A DNA stretch of 64,000 nucleotides from Balamuthia mandrillaris (lineage: Eukaryota). A program made the translations under genes and the position numbers. Positions 1 through 10,573 of the stretch are shown one piece after another (position 1 is the first letter of the stretch; every line of letters begins with the position of its first letter). The DNA lies in contig JAVKOQ020000018.1 of assembly GCA_031835245.2 (NCBI GenBank), forward strand, positions 124,001-188,000. The letters are read 5' to 3'. The notes under the pieces are model-generated. The model searched no databases. It had not been told where the DNA came from and was given only the letters and a program-made list of their open reading frames with translations.

Positions 1-396
1 GAAAACGATAGTGTTCGGTTTTTTGCCGGTGCAAAGGCCGTAGTGAGACAACGTCTTGTCATTGTCCAAGGAAACAGGGCGAGTCCCTTTTATTTAATCA
101 AAAAGCATGATTAATCCAAGAGCGCTTTAGAGGAGGACGAATACAGTGAAGAGAAATAACAGAGAAGAAAGGAGCAAAGCAAGAAGAGAAGGAAAAAGAA
201 AAAAAAAACGGGGAGCTGGGCAAAAAACCTTGTTCAGCGGGAAGGGTCAACCTCTGCCTAGCGGGATACTTGCCAGGAACTGTTTTTGCAAAAAGGAAGA
301 AGTGATATTTGTATCATAAAAAATATCCAATCCATCGAAAATCAAAAAAATAATGGGGCCGCTGCTTGCTTGAAACGATTTTTTAAAAATAAAATA

Positions 397-522
397 TTAA
401 AAGGGATACGAACGTAGTTTGGCCAAACGCTCCTTTACAGCGAGGACAGTGTCGTTGCCAGACACATCAATCACCTTCAAGGTCTTTCCGCGCTGATTCA
501 CCACCGTCAGTTGTTCGGTCAT
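397..522 (-). CDS. short ubiquitin-like ORF or fragment
   Basis: MTEQLTVVNQRGKTLKVIDVSGNDTVLAVKERL resembles the N-terminal half of a ubiquitin fold; too short to be complete. Confidence 0.25.
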   Translation of the reverse strand: MTEQLTVVNQRGKTLKVIDVSGNDTVLAVKERLAKLRSYPF

Positions 523-797
523 CGTTGCTGCTCCCGCTACTTTTTTCCTCGGCACAAATAAACACCGGCAGGTCGACATGAGCAAACATCAGCTGCAGAC
601 GTCAGCCGGCTTGAACTGTCCGTGTCGACATTAAACGATCTACTAGGGAACCAATCTACCAATAATTTTCAAACCACCAATCAAAAATCAAAGTTTTTGC
701 CGTAACTTGCCTTATAAAGGTTACTCATTTAACCCGGTCAAACTTTTCAAATATTTTTCAGTTAATCCAAAACTATCGATGAAAATATCTTTGCTGA

Positions 798-807
798 CCA
801 CTGCTCC
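798..807 (+). repeat. target site duplication (left), CCACTGCTCC
   Basis: Identical 10-mer at 3340-3349 immediately outside the other TIR. Confidence 0.88.
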
Positions 808-855
808 TAAGGCGGCGCCAAGATCAAGCCGATCCATGGGACAACGAAAATAAAG
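808..855. repeat. 3' terminal inverted repeat of copy 1 (about 45 bp, imperfect)
   Basis: TAAGGCGGCGCCAAGATCAAGCCGATCCATGGGACAACGAAAATAAAG versus 5' end TAAGGCGGCGCAAAGATCATAAGATCTAAGGACAACGAAAAAAG. Confidence 0.85.
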
Positions 856-1005
856 CAAAATTAGTAAAAGGAAAACAAAAAACAGAGAAACAAAAAATAA
901 CCCACCTCCGGCGTGCCTAATCACGGCTTGTCTTACGACTCGCTATAAGCAACGGTGCCGGCACCAAAGCAACCTTACCGCCTACCGCCCCCTCACAGAG
1001 GAGGA
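808..1005 (-). ncRNA. putative omegaRNA (Fanzor guide scaffold) region, copy 1
   Basis: Lies between the ORF 3' end and the element end; identical by eye in both copies; hairpins GGTGCCGGCACC, GTC-GTAA-GAC, CGTG-ATTAGG-CACG; boundaries inferred. Confidence 0.65.
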
Positions 1006-2748
1006 GGAGGAGGTGGTAAGTGCTTGCAACGTAAAAAAGCGGATCAAGATGTTTCGGGCGGCGTTGGCATCTCGATCCGCCTGGTAGCCACACTCGGGTT
1101 GAGGGCACCGAAAGGTCTTGTTTCCCCCCAACTGGTGGTGGACTTGGCCGCACTTGCCGCAGGTCTTGCACTTGCCGCAGGTCTTGGAGGTGTATTCCTC
1201 ATCGCAGAGGCAGACCGTACAGGACGGAAATTGCTGGGCCTTGTTGAGGAGCCTCTGCCTGAAGCGATAGTGGGACCAGGTCAGCATGGCTCTGGCCGTT
1301 CGCGAGCCAATGCGGCGGTGGCCTCGCCGCACCATCTGCTGGCTCCTGAACTCTGGCAGAAGGATGAGGGAGAAGTTCCTGACCAACCAAAACACGAGCT
1401 TCTTGTGGAGGTCATCCACCAGGTTGCGGATCCTCTGGCGAAGCCGAGCAGCGGCCCTTCGGAGACGGCGCCGTTGCCTGTGGTTGCCCTTGGTGCCCTT
1501 ACTCTGCATGCGATCCAGGCGGTGGCACAGCTTGCCTATCTCGTTGATGTCCGCTTTGCCCCACTCGGTGACCTCCCCGCAGCCGTTGTAGGTGGTCATG
1601 AATGTGCGCACTCCTGGATCCAAGGCGATGATGCCTGCCTCTCTCCTTCGGTGCTCACGGGCTTGGCTCTCACCCATGAGCTTCAAAGGCTGAGGCACAC
1701 AGAGGTAGTAATGGCCCAGTCGAGTGTCTTTCACCAGACGAACGGCATAGAGCACCTCCGACGGAACTTTGTAGTTCTTGTCCCTCGCTTTGATTCGCGC
1801 CTCCCCGAAGAAGAGTTGGCGGATGGACTTGCTGTGGTTCCACTCCCTGGCTTGGATGCTGAGAGACTGGCTCTTGTCCTTCCGACCACGGAACTTCATC
1901 TTGAATCCAGTCCTGCCCGCCGCCAAGCTGGTTTTCACGCCGTTGAAGAAATCATCGACAGCGTCACTGCGAATGTATCGAGGAGTTTCCAACACCCACG
2001 CAAGGCTCTTGTCCTCTCCGTTGAAATTGCCGTTATTCAGGAATTTCTCCCTGACTTGTTCCTTCATCTCCTTAAGAGGCATTCCTTTATGTTCACGATG
2101 GAACTCCACGGCCTTGTTGTAGGTCCATCGTACTGTGCCGAACCACTTGGCCAGCGTCTTCTTTTGTTCTGAGCGCGGATAAAGGCGGATCTTCTCCACT
2201 CGCCCCACTACCGGTTTCTCCTCTCCGTTCTTGCCTTTTTTGGTGAGCTGTACGGCTGGGCGAGACGGAACGAGTCCCTCGATGAGGCCTAACAAGCCTT
2301 TCTGGTTTTTCTCCTCTTCTTCCTTCTCCTTCTCCTTCTCCTTCTCCTCTTCCTCTTCCTCCTCCTCCTCCTCCTCCTCCCTCTCCTTCTTCTCCTCCTC
2401 CTCCTCCAACACCTTTTCTCCGTTAGGAATGTGCTTGCAGGCGGTGAACCATCCTGAACCACAGGCAAAGGGTTCTTCCAAGCACAAGGCTTCTGGGCGT
2501 ATTAATCTTCTCCCGATTAAGCTGGAAAACTGGTTCCAAAAGGGCTGGGCGGGTGCAGCCTGCGGCCTTCCACGCTTCTGTGCCCTTGCCTGAGGTGCCG
2601 CTGGGGCGTTTTCCGCTCTTCTTTTCCGAGTAGCAGTGGAAGTAGCAGAAGTAGTGGCGCGACCCCCTTCCTTGTGAACCCGACCGAAGTGGATGGCCAA
2701 CCCGTGAGAGGTAGCAAACTTTTTTCCGCACTGTGGGCAACTTGCCAT
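982..2748 (-). CDS. Fanzor2 / IS607-type TnpB-like RNA-guided endonuclease, 588 aa
   Basis: HTH_OrfB-like KIRLYP..EQKKTLAKWFGTVRWTYN; RuvC-I IIALDPGVRTF; rearranged glutamate DEEYTSKTC; CxxC..CxxxxC zinc ribbon; RuvC-III DRDANAARNI; N-terminal C2H2 finger and basic NLS-like patches. Confidence 0.93.
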   Translation of the reverse strand: MASCPQCGKKFATSHGLAIHFGRVHKEGGRATTSATSTATRKRRAENAPAAPQARAQKRGRPQAAPAQPFWNQFSSLIGRRLIRPEALCLEEPFACGSGWFTACKHIPNGEKVLEEEEEKKEREEEEEEEEEEEEKEKEKEKEEEEKNQKGLLGLIEGLVPSRPAVQLTKKGKNGEEKPVVGRVEKIRLYPRSEQKKTLAKWFGTVRWTYNKAVEFHREHKGMPLKEMKEQVREKFLNNGNFNGEDKSLAWVLETPRYIRSDAVDDFFNGVKTSLAAGRTGFKMKFRGRKDKSQSLSIQAREWNHSKSIRQLFFGEARIKARDKNYKVPSEVLYAVRLVKDTRLGHYYLCVPQPLKLMGESQAREHRRREAGIIALDPGVRTFMTTYNGCGEVTEWGKADINEIGKLCHRLDRMQSKGTKGNHRQRRRLRRAAARLRQRIRNLVDDLHKKLVFWLVRNFSLILLPEFRSQQMVRRGHRRIGSRTARAMLTWSHYRFRQRLLNKAQQFPSCTVCLCDEEYTSKTCGKCKTCGKCGQVHHQLGGNKTFRCPQPECGYQADRDANAARNILIRFFTLQALTTSSSSSVRGR

Positions 2749-3295
2749 TCAGGCCAGCTTCCAGCAGCGTTGTGGAAGAGGCGCACAGAGGTTCGTGATG
2801 CTGTTCTTTTTTAAACAAAAGAAATCATTAGTGAGTGGTTGGTAACAAATTTTTTTCCATCATCAAAAAATGTAGTGAGCGAGCAGAGAAAAAAGAACGC
2901 TACCTTTTCAATCGGAGCAGTGCCGCTGCCTGCGGCTGAACCGCTTCGGTTTCCACCTCTGCCTCCTTCCGCTGGTTTCCTCCTTGTGTAGTAGAAGCGT
3001 AGCAATGAGAAATACGGTGGTGCGTGGAGCTTCGTGGATGTGTGTGTCTGTGTGTTTACTTTTGAAAAGAAAGAAAAGAAGAGAAGAGAAGAAAAGAAAA
3101 CGAGTAGCAGAAAAATGTCAAGGCGAATGACGAGTACCAAAAGTTTATTGGCGGCAGCAGCAGCATGAGCATCCATTCCGTACACCCCCCACCCCACACC
3201 CCAACCCACCACTTTGCCTTCAGAGGCGTGGGAGAAGGAAGGGTTGTTTTGGCGGGAAACATGCTCATTGGCCCAAAAGACTAATGTCGTGATTT

Positions 3296-3339
3296 CTTTT
3301 TTCGTTGTCCTTAGATCTTATGATCTTTGCGCCGCCTTA
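3296..3339. repeat. 5' terminal inverted repeat of copy 1
   Basis: Reverse complement matches 808-855; 18 of the first 19 nt identical. Confidence 0.85.
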
Positions 3340-3349
3340 CCACTGCTCC
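3340..3349 (+). repeat. target site duplication (right), CCACTGCTCC
   Basis: Identical to 798-807. Confidence 0.88.
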
Positions 3350-3392
3350 CGTTTGCAACAAACAACACCCAACTTGGAACTGCGCTCGAACA

Positions 3393-3884
3393 ATGCCCAA
3401 AGAACTGCCGATTCTCCAGAGGTTCCACGGCACGCTCTACGACTGCGTTCCCAAGACCTATACCCTCAAATCACAGGCCGACTTTGAGCGCTTCCAAAAA
3501 CAAGGCATCGCCGCCAGCCTCCCCGTCTACCACACCAAACGCAAAGGGGTGAAGCGGTGGGAGCCTTCGCAGGACGAGCTGCTGGTGAACCCTCCCGCTA
3601 TCGACTGGACGCAGCAAATGATGCTGGTCTATGGCGACGGCATCATTGAAGCGGTAGAGGAGAAGGCAGGGGGACGAAAGGTCCGTGTGAAAACGAGACG
3701 CAAGAGGGAGGTCAACTACGAGGCTGTTATTGTGCCGAGAAGAGATGGAAGGGTGCGGTTTGACGTGGATGAGGAGGAAGACGGAGCAGAAATAGCCCAA
3801 AGAGCAGTGATAGAGCCCGGTTTTTATGTGCAGAGGGCAGTCACTTTCCCTCCTGTCGCTTACCAACACAATTCTGGAGAATAG
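3393..3884 (+). CDS. hypothetical protein (about 163 aa)
   Basis: Uninterrupted ATG-initiated ORF MPKELPILQRFHG... with coding-like composition; no family recognised. Confidence 0.5.
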   Translation: MPKELPILQRFHGTLYDCVPKTYTLKSQADFERFQKQGIAASLPVYHTKRKGVKRWEPSQDELLVNPPAIDWTQQMMLVYGDGIIEAVEEKAGGRKVRVKTRRKREVNYEAVIVPRRDGRVRFDVDEEEDGAEIAQRAVIEPGFYVQRAVTFPPVAYQHNSGE

Positions 3885-3933
3885 AAGACTTTGTCACTTG
3901 TAAATCTCTTGTTGTGTAAACAGGTCCGTACAG

Positions 3934-5555
3934 TCATTGCCCATTGGGTCTCTTTTTCGCTCTGTTGGTGCTTGGTTGAGTTATGGTAATGGAGCAGCGC
4001 TGTTGCAACTCTTTACTTGGTTGTAGGCGTAGCTTTGGAGCGGACAGCACTTTTAGCTTCTGCAATGAGGGCGGCAGCCAGTCGAAGAAGATGCCTGTGA
4101 TGCCGAGAAATCGGGAGAGGGCCAGCTGCCGTAGCTGAGTAAGATGTACCAAGAAGGAGAGGGATTCTGAGTCGTCTAGTTCAGGACACCTGGTTAGGGA
4201 GAGGCGTGTAAGGGAGCTGAAGGCGCTCAGACTCCCAAAGTCTGCAGGTGAGAGCTTATCGCAGTATAAGAGACTGAGAGAAGTGAGAGAGGTAGGAAAG
4301 TTAGGAATGTAGCCTGTCTGCGGATTGCAGAGCCCTAAATGAGTCAAACAGCGCGGAAGGTGCTGAAAGCCACGCATCGTTGGGGAAAATGCTGAGGTAG
4401 ACCAAGAAAGTGAGGTGAGGGTGGAAGGCATAGCAGCTAAGTGGTGCTCGTTGAGGTTGAAGTAATGAAGCTCGAGGTTGACCAGTGTATGTGGTAGATG
4501 TTCGGAGAGGTAACGGAATCCCTGTGGAGTGATGAACTTGCATTCACTCAGATCGAGAGAAATCAGCTTTGGTGGTAAAAGCTGCATTCCTTCATCAGTG
4601 ATAGGCAACGCGCTCAGGTTGAGTTTGGTAAGTGAGGTGGGAAGAAGAGTCAGCGATTCGTCATCGTTCTTTACACAGTGACGCAGGCTCAGTGTATGAA
4701 GGTAGTTGAATCGGCTGAAGTGAACCAGACAAGATGGCTCCGTTGCGGTGCGACTCAAGGAGAGTGAGCGGAGAGCAGGGAATGTGTGCGGGAGATCTGT
4801 GATGGCCCTGTGCAATGTTTTGAGGACATCGCTGGCGACTTCTGGGCGGCCAAGAGCAACGTCCTGCCATCCGTGTAGGTCAAGCACAGTCAGTGATGTC
4901 CTGCACTGTGTCTGGAGGAAGGTCAGCTTGTCCGTCAGGTCTTGCAAAGCTGCCGTCAGATCCGAGTGCCTGCAGTGGTTCCAAACTCTTGCTTTGTAGA
5001 TGGATGCAATGGACAGCTTATGGAACGTCCAGTTTACGCCAGCCACATTCCTCAGCATTTGTTCTTGAGGGATGAACGAGATAACGTGAGCCCACAACTC
5101 ATTAGGAAGCTCAGGCAGTGCTACAACGCAGGAAAGGTCGATACGGCAATCATAGTTCTGGCTGTGATGCAGATTTTCTGGGCGTGCTTCCTCCTCCACG
5201 GTAGCCGGCGTGCTTCCTCCTCTTCTTCCATTGCATCACCGCGGCCACACGATATATCCTGTACGTTTCCCCGTTGTGGAAGCTCGTGGGCCATCCAAGC
5301 TCGGTCCACCTCCGAGGCCAGGCCAACCGCTGGGATCTCTCCCCCAACACCTGCTGTCGTTGCTCGTTCTTCCATCGCCGGTGCAGCGGCCACACCCGAC
5401 CACAGCTGCTGTGCAAATAATTTTCGCAGCTCCCTGTCGCGATGTAGGCCATGTTCACGCAGCCTCTTCCTAAGATCCGGTGAGAGAGGGGCAAAGAAGA
5501 GCAGCTTCTGCTCCTGTTCCGCCAGGCGGGCCGTTAAGCTGTTGAGCTCTTGCAT
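3934..5555 (-). CDS. F-box plus leucine-rich repeat protein (frame break near 5200)
   Basis: F-box LPELPNELWAHVISFIP followed by LP.SLT.L.L repeats; upstream ATG ORF (5555) is in a different frame. Confidence 0.75.
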
Positions 5556-5751
5556 CTTTTGTTTGTCAATCCACAATTTTATTCAATCTTTCCAGGAAAA
5601 TTTTGGGTAGTGTCGACAGTATAACACTCCACTCTCTTATCCTCTCTCCTATCTCTGCTAAAGAACTCATGTCCTCTCTCTAGTCCTGGCTCACATCCAT
5701 GAAGAAAGAAAATTTGAAGAACGAAAAAAAAAAGGAAAGAGAGAAGAAAAG

Positions 5752-7764
5752 ATGAGGCTCACCCCGGCGGTTCTGCAGACATGGGTGTCCCAGGACATCA
5801 AAGAGGTCAGCACGCTCAACCTGAAGGGCAAAGGATTGTCCGAGATAGAAGACCTCAGCTATTGCGTTGACCTCAAAAAGCTTGACCTTTCGGACAATCA
5901 GCTCTCCTCCTTCTACGGTACGTACGATTCAATCAACTCCTTCTTTGCTTCTTCTTTCTCCCCTTTCTGCTCTTCGTTGATAGAAACAATAATGCACAGG
6001 ATTGGGATTCAACAGAGAACTTACATGGCTCTCGCTCGCCTCCAACAAAATCAAGATCATGGGCGGCCTCCAAATGCTCACTAAACTTTGCGGTAAGCCA
6101 TTTCTCTGCTTCGCTTCCATTCCTCTCTTGTTCTCTTGCTCTCTTGTTCTCTCTTCACTCTTCACTCTCGCTCTCTCGCTCTCTCGCTCTCGCTCCCGCT
6201 CTCTCTCTCCCTCTCTCTCTCTCCCTCTCTCTCTCTGGCGCTTTCTTCAAAGATTAATCGCTTCAAAACAAACTAGTGTTGAATGTGAGCCATAACCAGA
6301 TCTCTCAGATAGATGGCCTCTCCACGCTCACCAACCTCAAAGCCCTCATCCTCAGCCACAACAACATTCAAACCATAGAGAACCTTGGCAGCCTTCGTGC
6401 TCTAAATACTTTGGTCCTTTCGTATAACCACATTGAGGAGGTCAAAGGCTTGGCCACTCTCACCAACCTCAAAAAGGTGTGCTTCTTCGCTCTTCCTCTC
6501 TTTCCGTTTTATTCTTCACCTCTTCTCTTCTTTTGTTTTCTTTTCTCCTCATTTTATGTTCTTCTCTTCACTTCTTTCATTTAAATGAAAATTCTGTCCT
6601 TCTCCTCCTCTCTGCCTCTTCTTTTCTTCTCTTCTAACCTCTTTTCCGTTTGAATTGCAGCTATCTCTTTCCTCAAATAGAATCCAAGTGTTACCCTCCT
6701 TGGAAAAGCAGCACGACCTTCAGGAGCTCCGTCTCAGCCACAACCGCTTGATGAGCATCCCAGACAGCATCCGCCTTAACCCAAACCTGAAGATCTTGGA
6801 CTTGGGTCATAACTTTATCTCTACCTTGAAAGACTTGGAGCCTTTGACTGCTCTGCCTCGTTTGAAAAGCTTGAACCTCAAGGGAAATCCAATTGTGGAT
6901 AGGGAAGGAGATGGAGCAGAGGGTAAAGAAGCGGAGAAAGTCTACAGAGAAAAGGTGTTAAGCTTGTTGCCATCCGTCAAGATATTGGATGGAGAGCAGC
7001 TGAGCGGAGAGAAAAAGAGGAAAGGAAGGCTTTGGTCCAAGAAACAAAAGTTAAAGCAACACGCAACAAAGGAAGGAGATGAGGAAGAAGGAGAAGAGGC
7101 GGAAAATGAGAACGGAGGCGAAAGAAAGCAAGGCAAACAAGGAACGAAGCACGAGAACAAGGAAATTGGAAGGATGGAAGAAGCAGAGGAAGAGAGCAAA
7201 GGGAAGAAACAAAAAAGCACAGAAACTAATAACAAGAAAGTAACCAACAAATCACCAACAAAAGAAGAGGAAGAGGAAGAAGAAGAATCTAACAAGAACA
7301 AACACCCAACAAAAGCAAAGAGCCAGGACAGCAAAAACAGGATGGAGGAAGAAGAGAAGGGAGACAAAGCTGCAACAGAGAAGAGAACGAACAGCAAAAA
7401 GCGAAAAGAGAGCGACATGCCAGTTGGCAAGAAGAAAAAAGAACAACTCGAAGAGAAAGAAGTCACCAAACAACAACCAGCCAACAAGAAACGGAAGAAG
7501 CAACACCAAAAACAAGAAACAAGTAAGGAAGCAACAAGCAACAAACAAGAACAAACAAAACAGCAACAACAAAAAGAAGAAGAACTGAAAGCAAGAAGTG
7601 GGGTGGTGGCCCTCAAACAAAAAACCGTACCTGCCACAGCAACATCAAAAGCAAAGGGCAAAAAGCAACATAACAAAAACTCGGTGTTGGAGCTTTTGGT
7701 GAAGGAACAAGCGGAAAAAGAAAGCAGCGTTGGCGCAGGAGACTCTTCTGCTTGGGACGACTAA
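5752..7764 (+). CDS. SDS22-like leucine-rich repeat protein with Lys/Glu-rich tail (4 exons)
   Basis: LxxLxLSxNxI repeats across exons at about 5752-5917, 6000-6092, 6277-6476 and 6661-7764; LRRcap YREKVLSLLPSVKILDG. Confidence 0.85.
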
Positions 7765-7893
7765 TAAAGTTTGCTCTCTTTTTTTTTTTCCGAACATCTG
7801 CTCTCCTTCTCTTTCTTTTCTAGCTTCTCTCTCTCTCTCTCTCTCTCTCCTCTCCGTGGAGCTAAAACAAATACACAGAGATTCTTTTTTTGT

Positions 7894-9692
7894 TCATTCT
7901 TCGCTGTCTTCTTTATCAGCCAACCAAGAAGAAGCGAGTTGAGTGGCTGTACGCTCGATCCTTGGCCTTTCTTTGCGGTTGACAATGGCATCGTTGATGA
8001 GGTTTGGGGGTATGTTGGACGCTCCGTATCGCGCTCCTGCCAGTGCTCCCACTAACACGGGACAAAAGTTGGCTGACCCTGAGGAAGGAAGGAGAAAGAT
8101 CAGGAAGGGAAAGGGTACAGAAAGGAGTACAAAGATGGGAGGGGTTAGAAGAAAGAAAGAAGAAAGAAGAAAGGGTGTATAACCTGCATATTGAAGGGAC
8201 TTGGATAAAGCGCTTGCAAAGTCTCGGCTCTCATCCACAAAATGAAGAGCGGTAACCAACACGTCAGGCATAAATCCACCAGTGCTGATGCTTCTTTGGC
8301 CAGAGAGAGCTTGAGCAGATTCCTCAGACCATTCTTTGTCTTTGCTAAGCGAGAGGAGCTGCGTTTTGGCCTCTTCCCAGGTCTGTCCCTCTACCAAACG
8401 TCGGCAGAGAAAGACGATGGCGAAGCAGCCCTCCACGCTTAGCTTATGAACGTGTGTTATTGTTGACTGTTTGTATGAAGAATTAGCAGCAGAAGAAGGA
8501 GAAGGAGAAGTAGGAGAAGGAGAAGAAGAAGAAGAAGAAGAAGAACAGGAAGAAGAAGAAAAACAAGAAGAAGAAGAACAAGAAGAAGAAGAAGAGAAGA
8601 AGAAGAAGAAGAACAAGAAGAAGAAAAACAACAACAAGAAGAAGAAGAAGAAGAAGAAGAAGAAGAAGAAGAACAAGAAGAAAGAGAAGAAGAACAGGAA
8701 GAAGAAGAAGAAAAACAAGAAGAAGAAGAACAAGAAGAAGAAGAAGAGAAGAAGAAGAAGAAGAACAAGAAGAAGAACAAGAAGAAGAAAAACAAGAAGA
8801 AGAAGAAGAAGAAGAAGAAGAAGAAGAAGAAGAACAAGAAGAAGGAGAAGAAGAACAGGAAGAAGAAGAAGAAGAAGAAGAAGAAGAAGAAGAAGAAGAA
8901 GGAGAAGAAGAAGAAGAACAAGAAGGAGGAGGAGGAGGAGGAGGAGGAGAAGAAGAAGAAGAAGAACAAGAACAAGAACAAGAAAACAACAAGAACAAGG
9001 AAGAACGTTCTCGAAAGAGGAGAAGAACTAGAACAAGAGAACGAAAACAAACCTCTTGTTGACATATATCCCAAAGTTCACTGTCAGAGAGGAAAGCAGC
9101 CATGGCCAACGGTGCAGAGCGATGAGCCGCGTTGCAACCTGCTTGTTGGGAGAGGCGAGCAGCAGCCTCGTCCACAGAGGAGCATTTGCCGGTGGAGATG
9201 GCCGAAAAGACGGAACGAAACGTGAGGCCCGTATCGAATGCCTTTTCTGCATGTTTGGTTGAGTTGCAGAACAAGAAAGAAAGAAGGAAGATAACGTTAG
9301 AGAGAGAGAGAGAGAGAGGAGAGAGGAGAGGAGAGAGAGGAGAGAGAGCGAGTGAGAGACAGAAAAGCAGGTAGGGGTACCGGTATCGTAGGGAGGGCCT
9401 TTGTGCCATGCATGATAACGCCGAATTACGTCCTCCCTGTCGTAGGTTTGCTTCTCAACCAAGCTCTCGGCCAGACGAACAGCCATCCCTGCAGGAAACA
9501 CACCAAACAAGCAGTTGAATATTCCTCCTTGCTGACAAGAACGAAAGGAAATTGTTTGTTTTTTTAAAAAAACCACGTACGCACGGGTCCACCATTTCGG
9601 TCACCAGCACAAAGTCCCATCAACACGCCTTTCGCTCGATCCGCTCGACCCTTTTCATCTTGTTCTCCTGCTGCCTCCTTCCTTCTCTGCAT
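7894..9692 (-). CDS. ADP-ribosylglycohydrolase family protein (multi-exon)
   Basis: RAKGVLMGLCAGDRNG, MAVRLAESL, AGCNAAHRSAPLA, ITH, LVGALAGARYGASNIP motifs. Confidence 0.82.
8490..9045. repeat. (GAA/CAA)n intronic microsatellite, about 550 bp
   Basis: Direct reading; source of spurious poly-K/E/F/S ORFs. Confidence 0.95.
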
Positions 9693-10573
9693 CTTGGTAT
9701 ACCCAGTTGATCATTACACAGATCACAAATAAATCGTATGATTTTAGATTGGGCGTTTGAATTAAATTTTTGAATTATGATTGGCTTTTACCGTAGTGCG
9801 ATCGTTGTGTCCTTTCGCGCAAAGAAAAAAAGAGATATATAGTGAACAAAAAAAAACGCACAAGAAAGAAGACAAAAGCCGACAAGATGAGGCGAACCTT
9901 GAAGAGGACAGCAGAGAAGGGAATGGAATAGGGAAGAGAGAAATGAACGGATATGAGAAATTCCAGGAAATTCACATAACTCATTTCAGGAATGGAATAA
10001 AACGCTGGTCGTAACGGTTCAAACACCAAGCGTTCCACTCCCCATTCCAGCCACCCATGGACATCCACGCCTTCGGAGAAACGGATGGGTTGGGTGTAGC
10101 CCACAGAGGACGTTACACTTTGGCTCCAGTAAACTTATTCATCCTTTCTTTTGTTACCAACCTCTCCCTGCCCTGCTGGTGGAGGAGGTTGTGGTTGCAG
10201 CAAACAAAAAAAAAATTAAAAAAAACAAAAGATAGCAGTTGGTGGGGGAGGTTGCTTGGCCAAGCAAGACTGCTTCTTGCTGGGTTCCTTTCTTTTCTGT
10301 GAGCAAAGACCAACGAAGAAAACGTCAGCAGCTGATTCTGAACTTTCCTCTGTTCCGCACAAAGAACTTGTGTGTGTGTGTGGGTGCTGGTCTTAATTTC
10401 TTAGAAATTGGAAGAACATGAATAGAGCTCAGGTGGTGTGGTGACTTTTCCATGTTCTTCTTGTTCTTCTTCTTCTTGTTCTTCTTCTTCTTCTTCTTCT
10501 TCTTCTTCTTCTTCTTCATCTTGAAACCGTTTCAGAGACAAACAAAAAATACCAGAAAGAGCAAGCCAGACAC

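Larger units (their letters stand above)
808..3339 (-). mobile_element. Fanzor-carrying non-autonomous TIR DNA transposon, copy 1 (2532 bp)
   Basis: Ends TAAGGCGGCGCCAAGATCA (808) and TGATCTTTGCGCCGCCTTA (3339) are inverted repeats; flanked by the direct repeat CCACTGCTCC; near-identical second copy at 26539-28635; no transposase recognised inside. Confidence 0.93.

Noticed and set aside
955..2172. 405-aa plus-strand ORF
   Set aside because: Antisense shadow of the Fanzor CDS
808..3339. TA dinucleotide TSD (Tc1/mariner interpretation)
   Set aside because: TA is symmetric at both ends, but copy 1 has an exact 10-bp direct repeat outside it, so TAA/TTA is better read as part of the TIR; not fully excluded for copy 2
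2749..3339. Transposase or IS607 serine recombinase in the element 5' part
   Set aside because: Only short low-complexity ORFs with no DDE, HUH or serine recombinase motif
8457..9409. Long poly-F/S/K/R ORFs (also near 12.9, 23.7, 30.3, 42.8 and 45.8 kb)
   Set aside because: Translations of intronic trinucleotide microsatellites
9775..10104. Possible small gene
   Set aside because: No recognisable motif and no consistent exon chain
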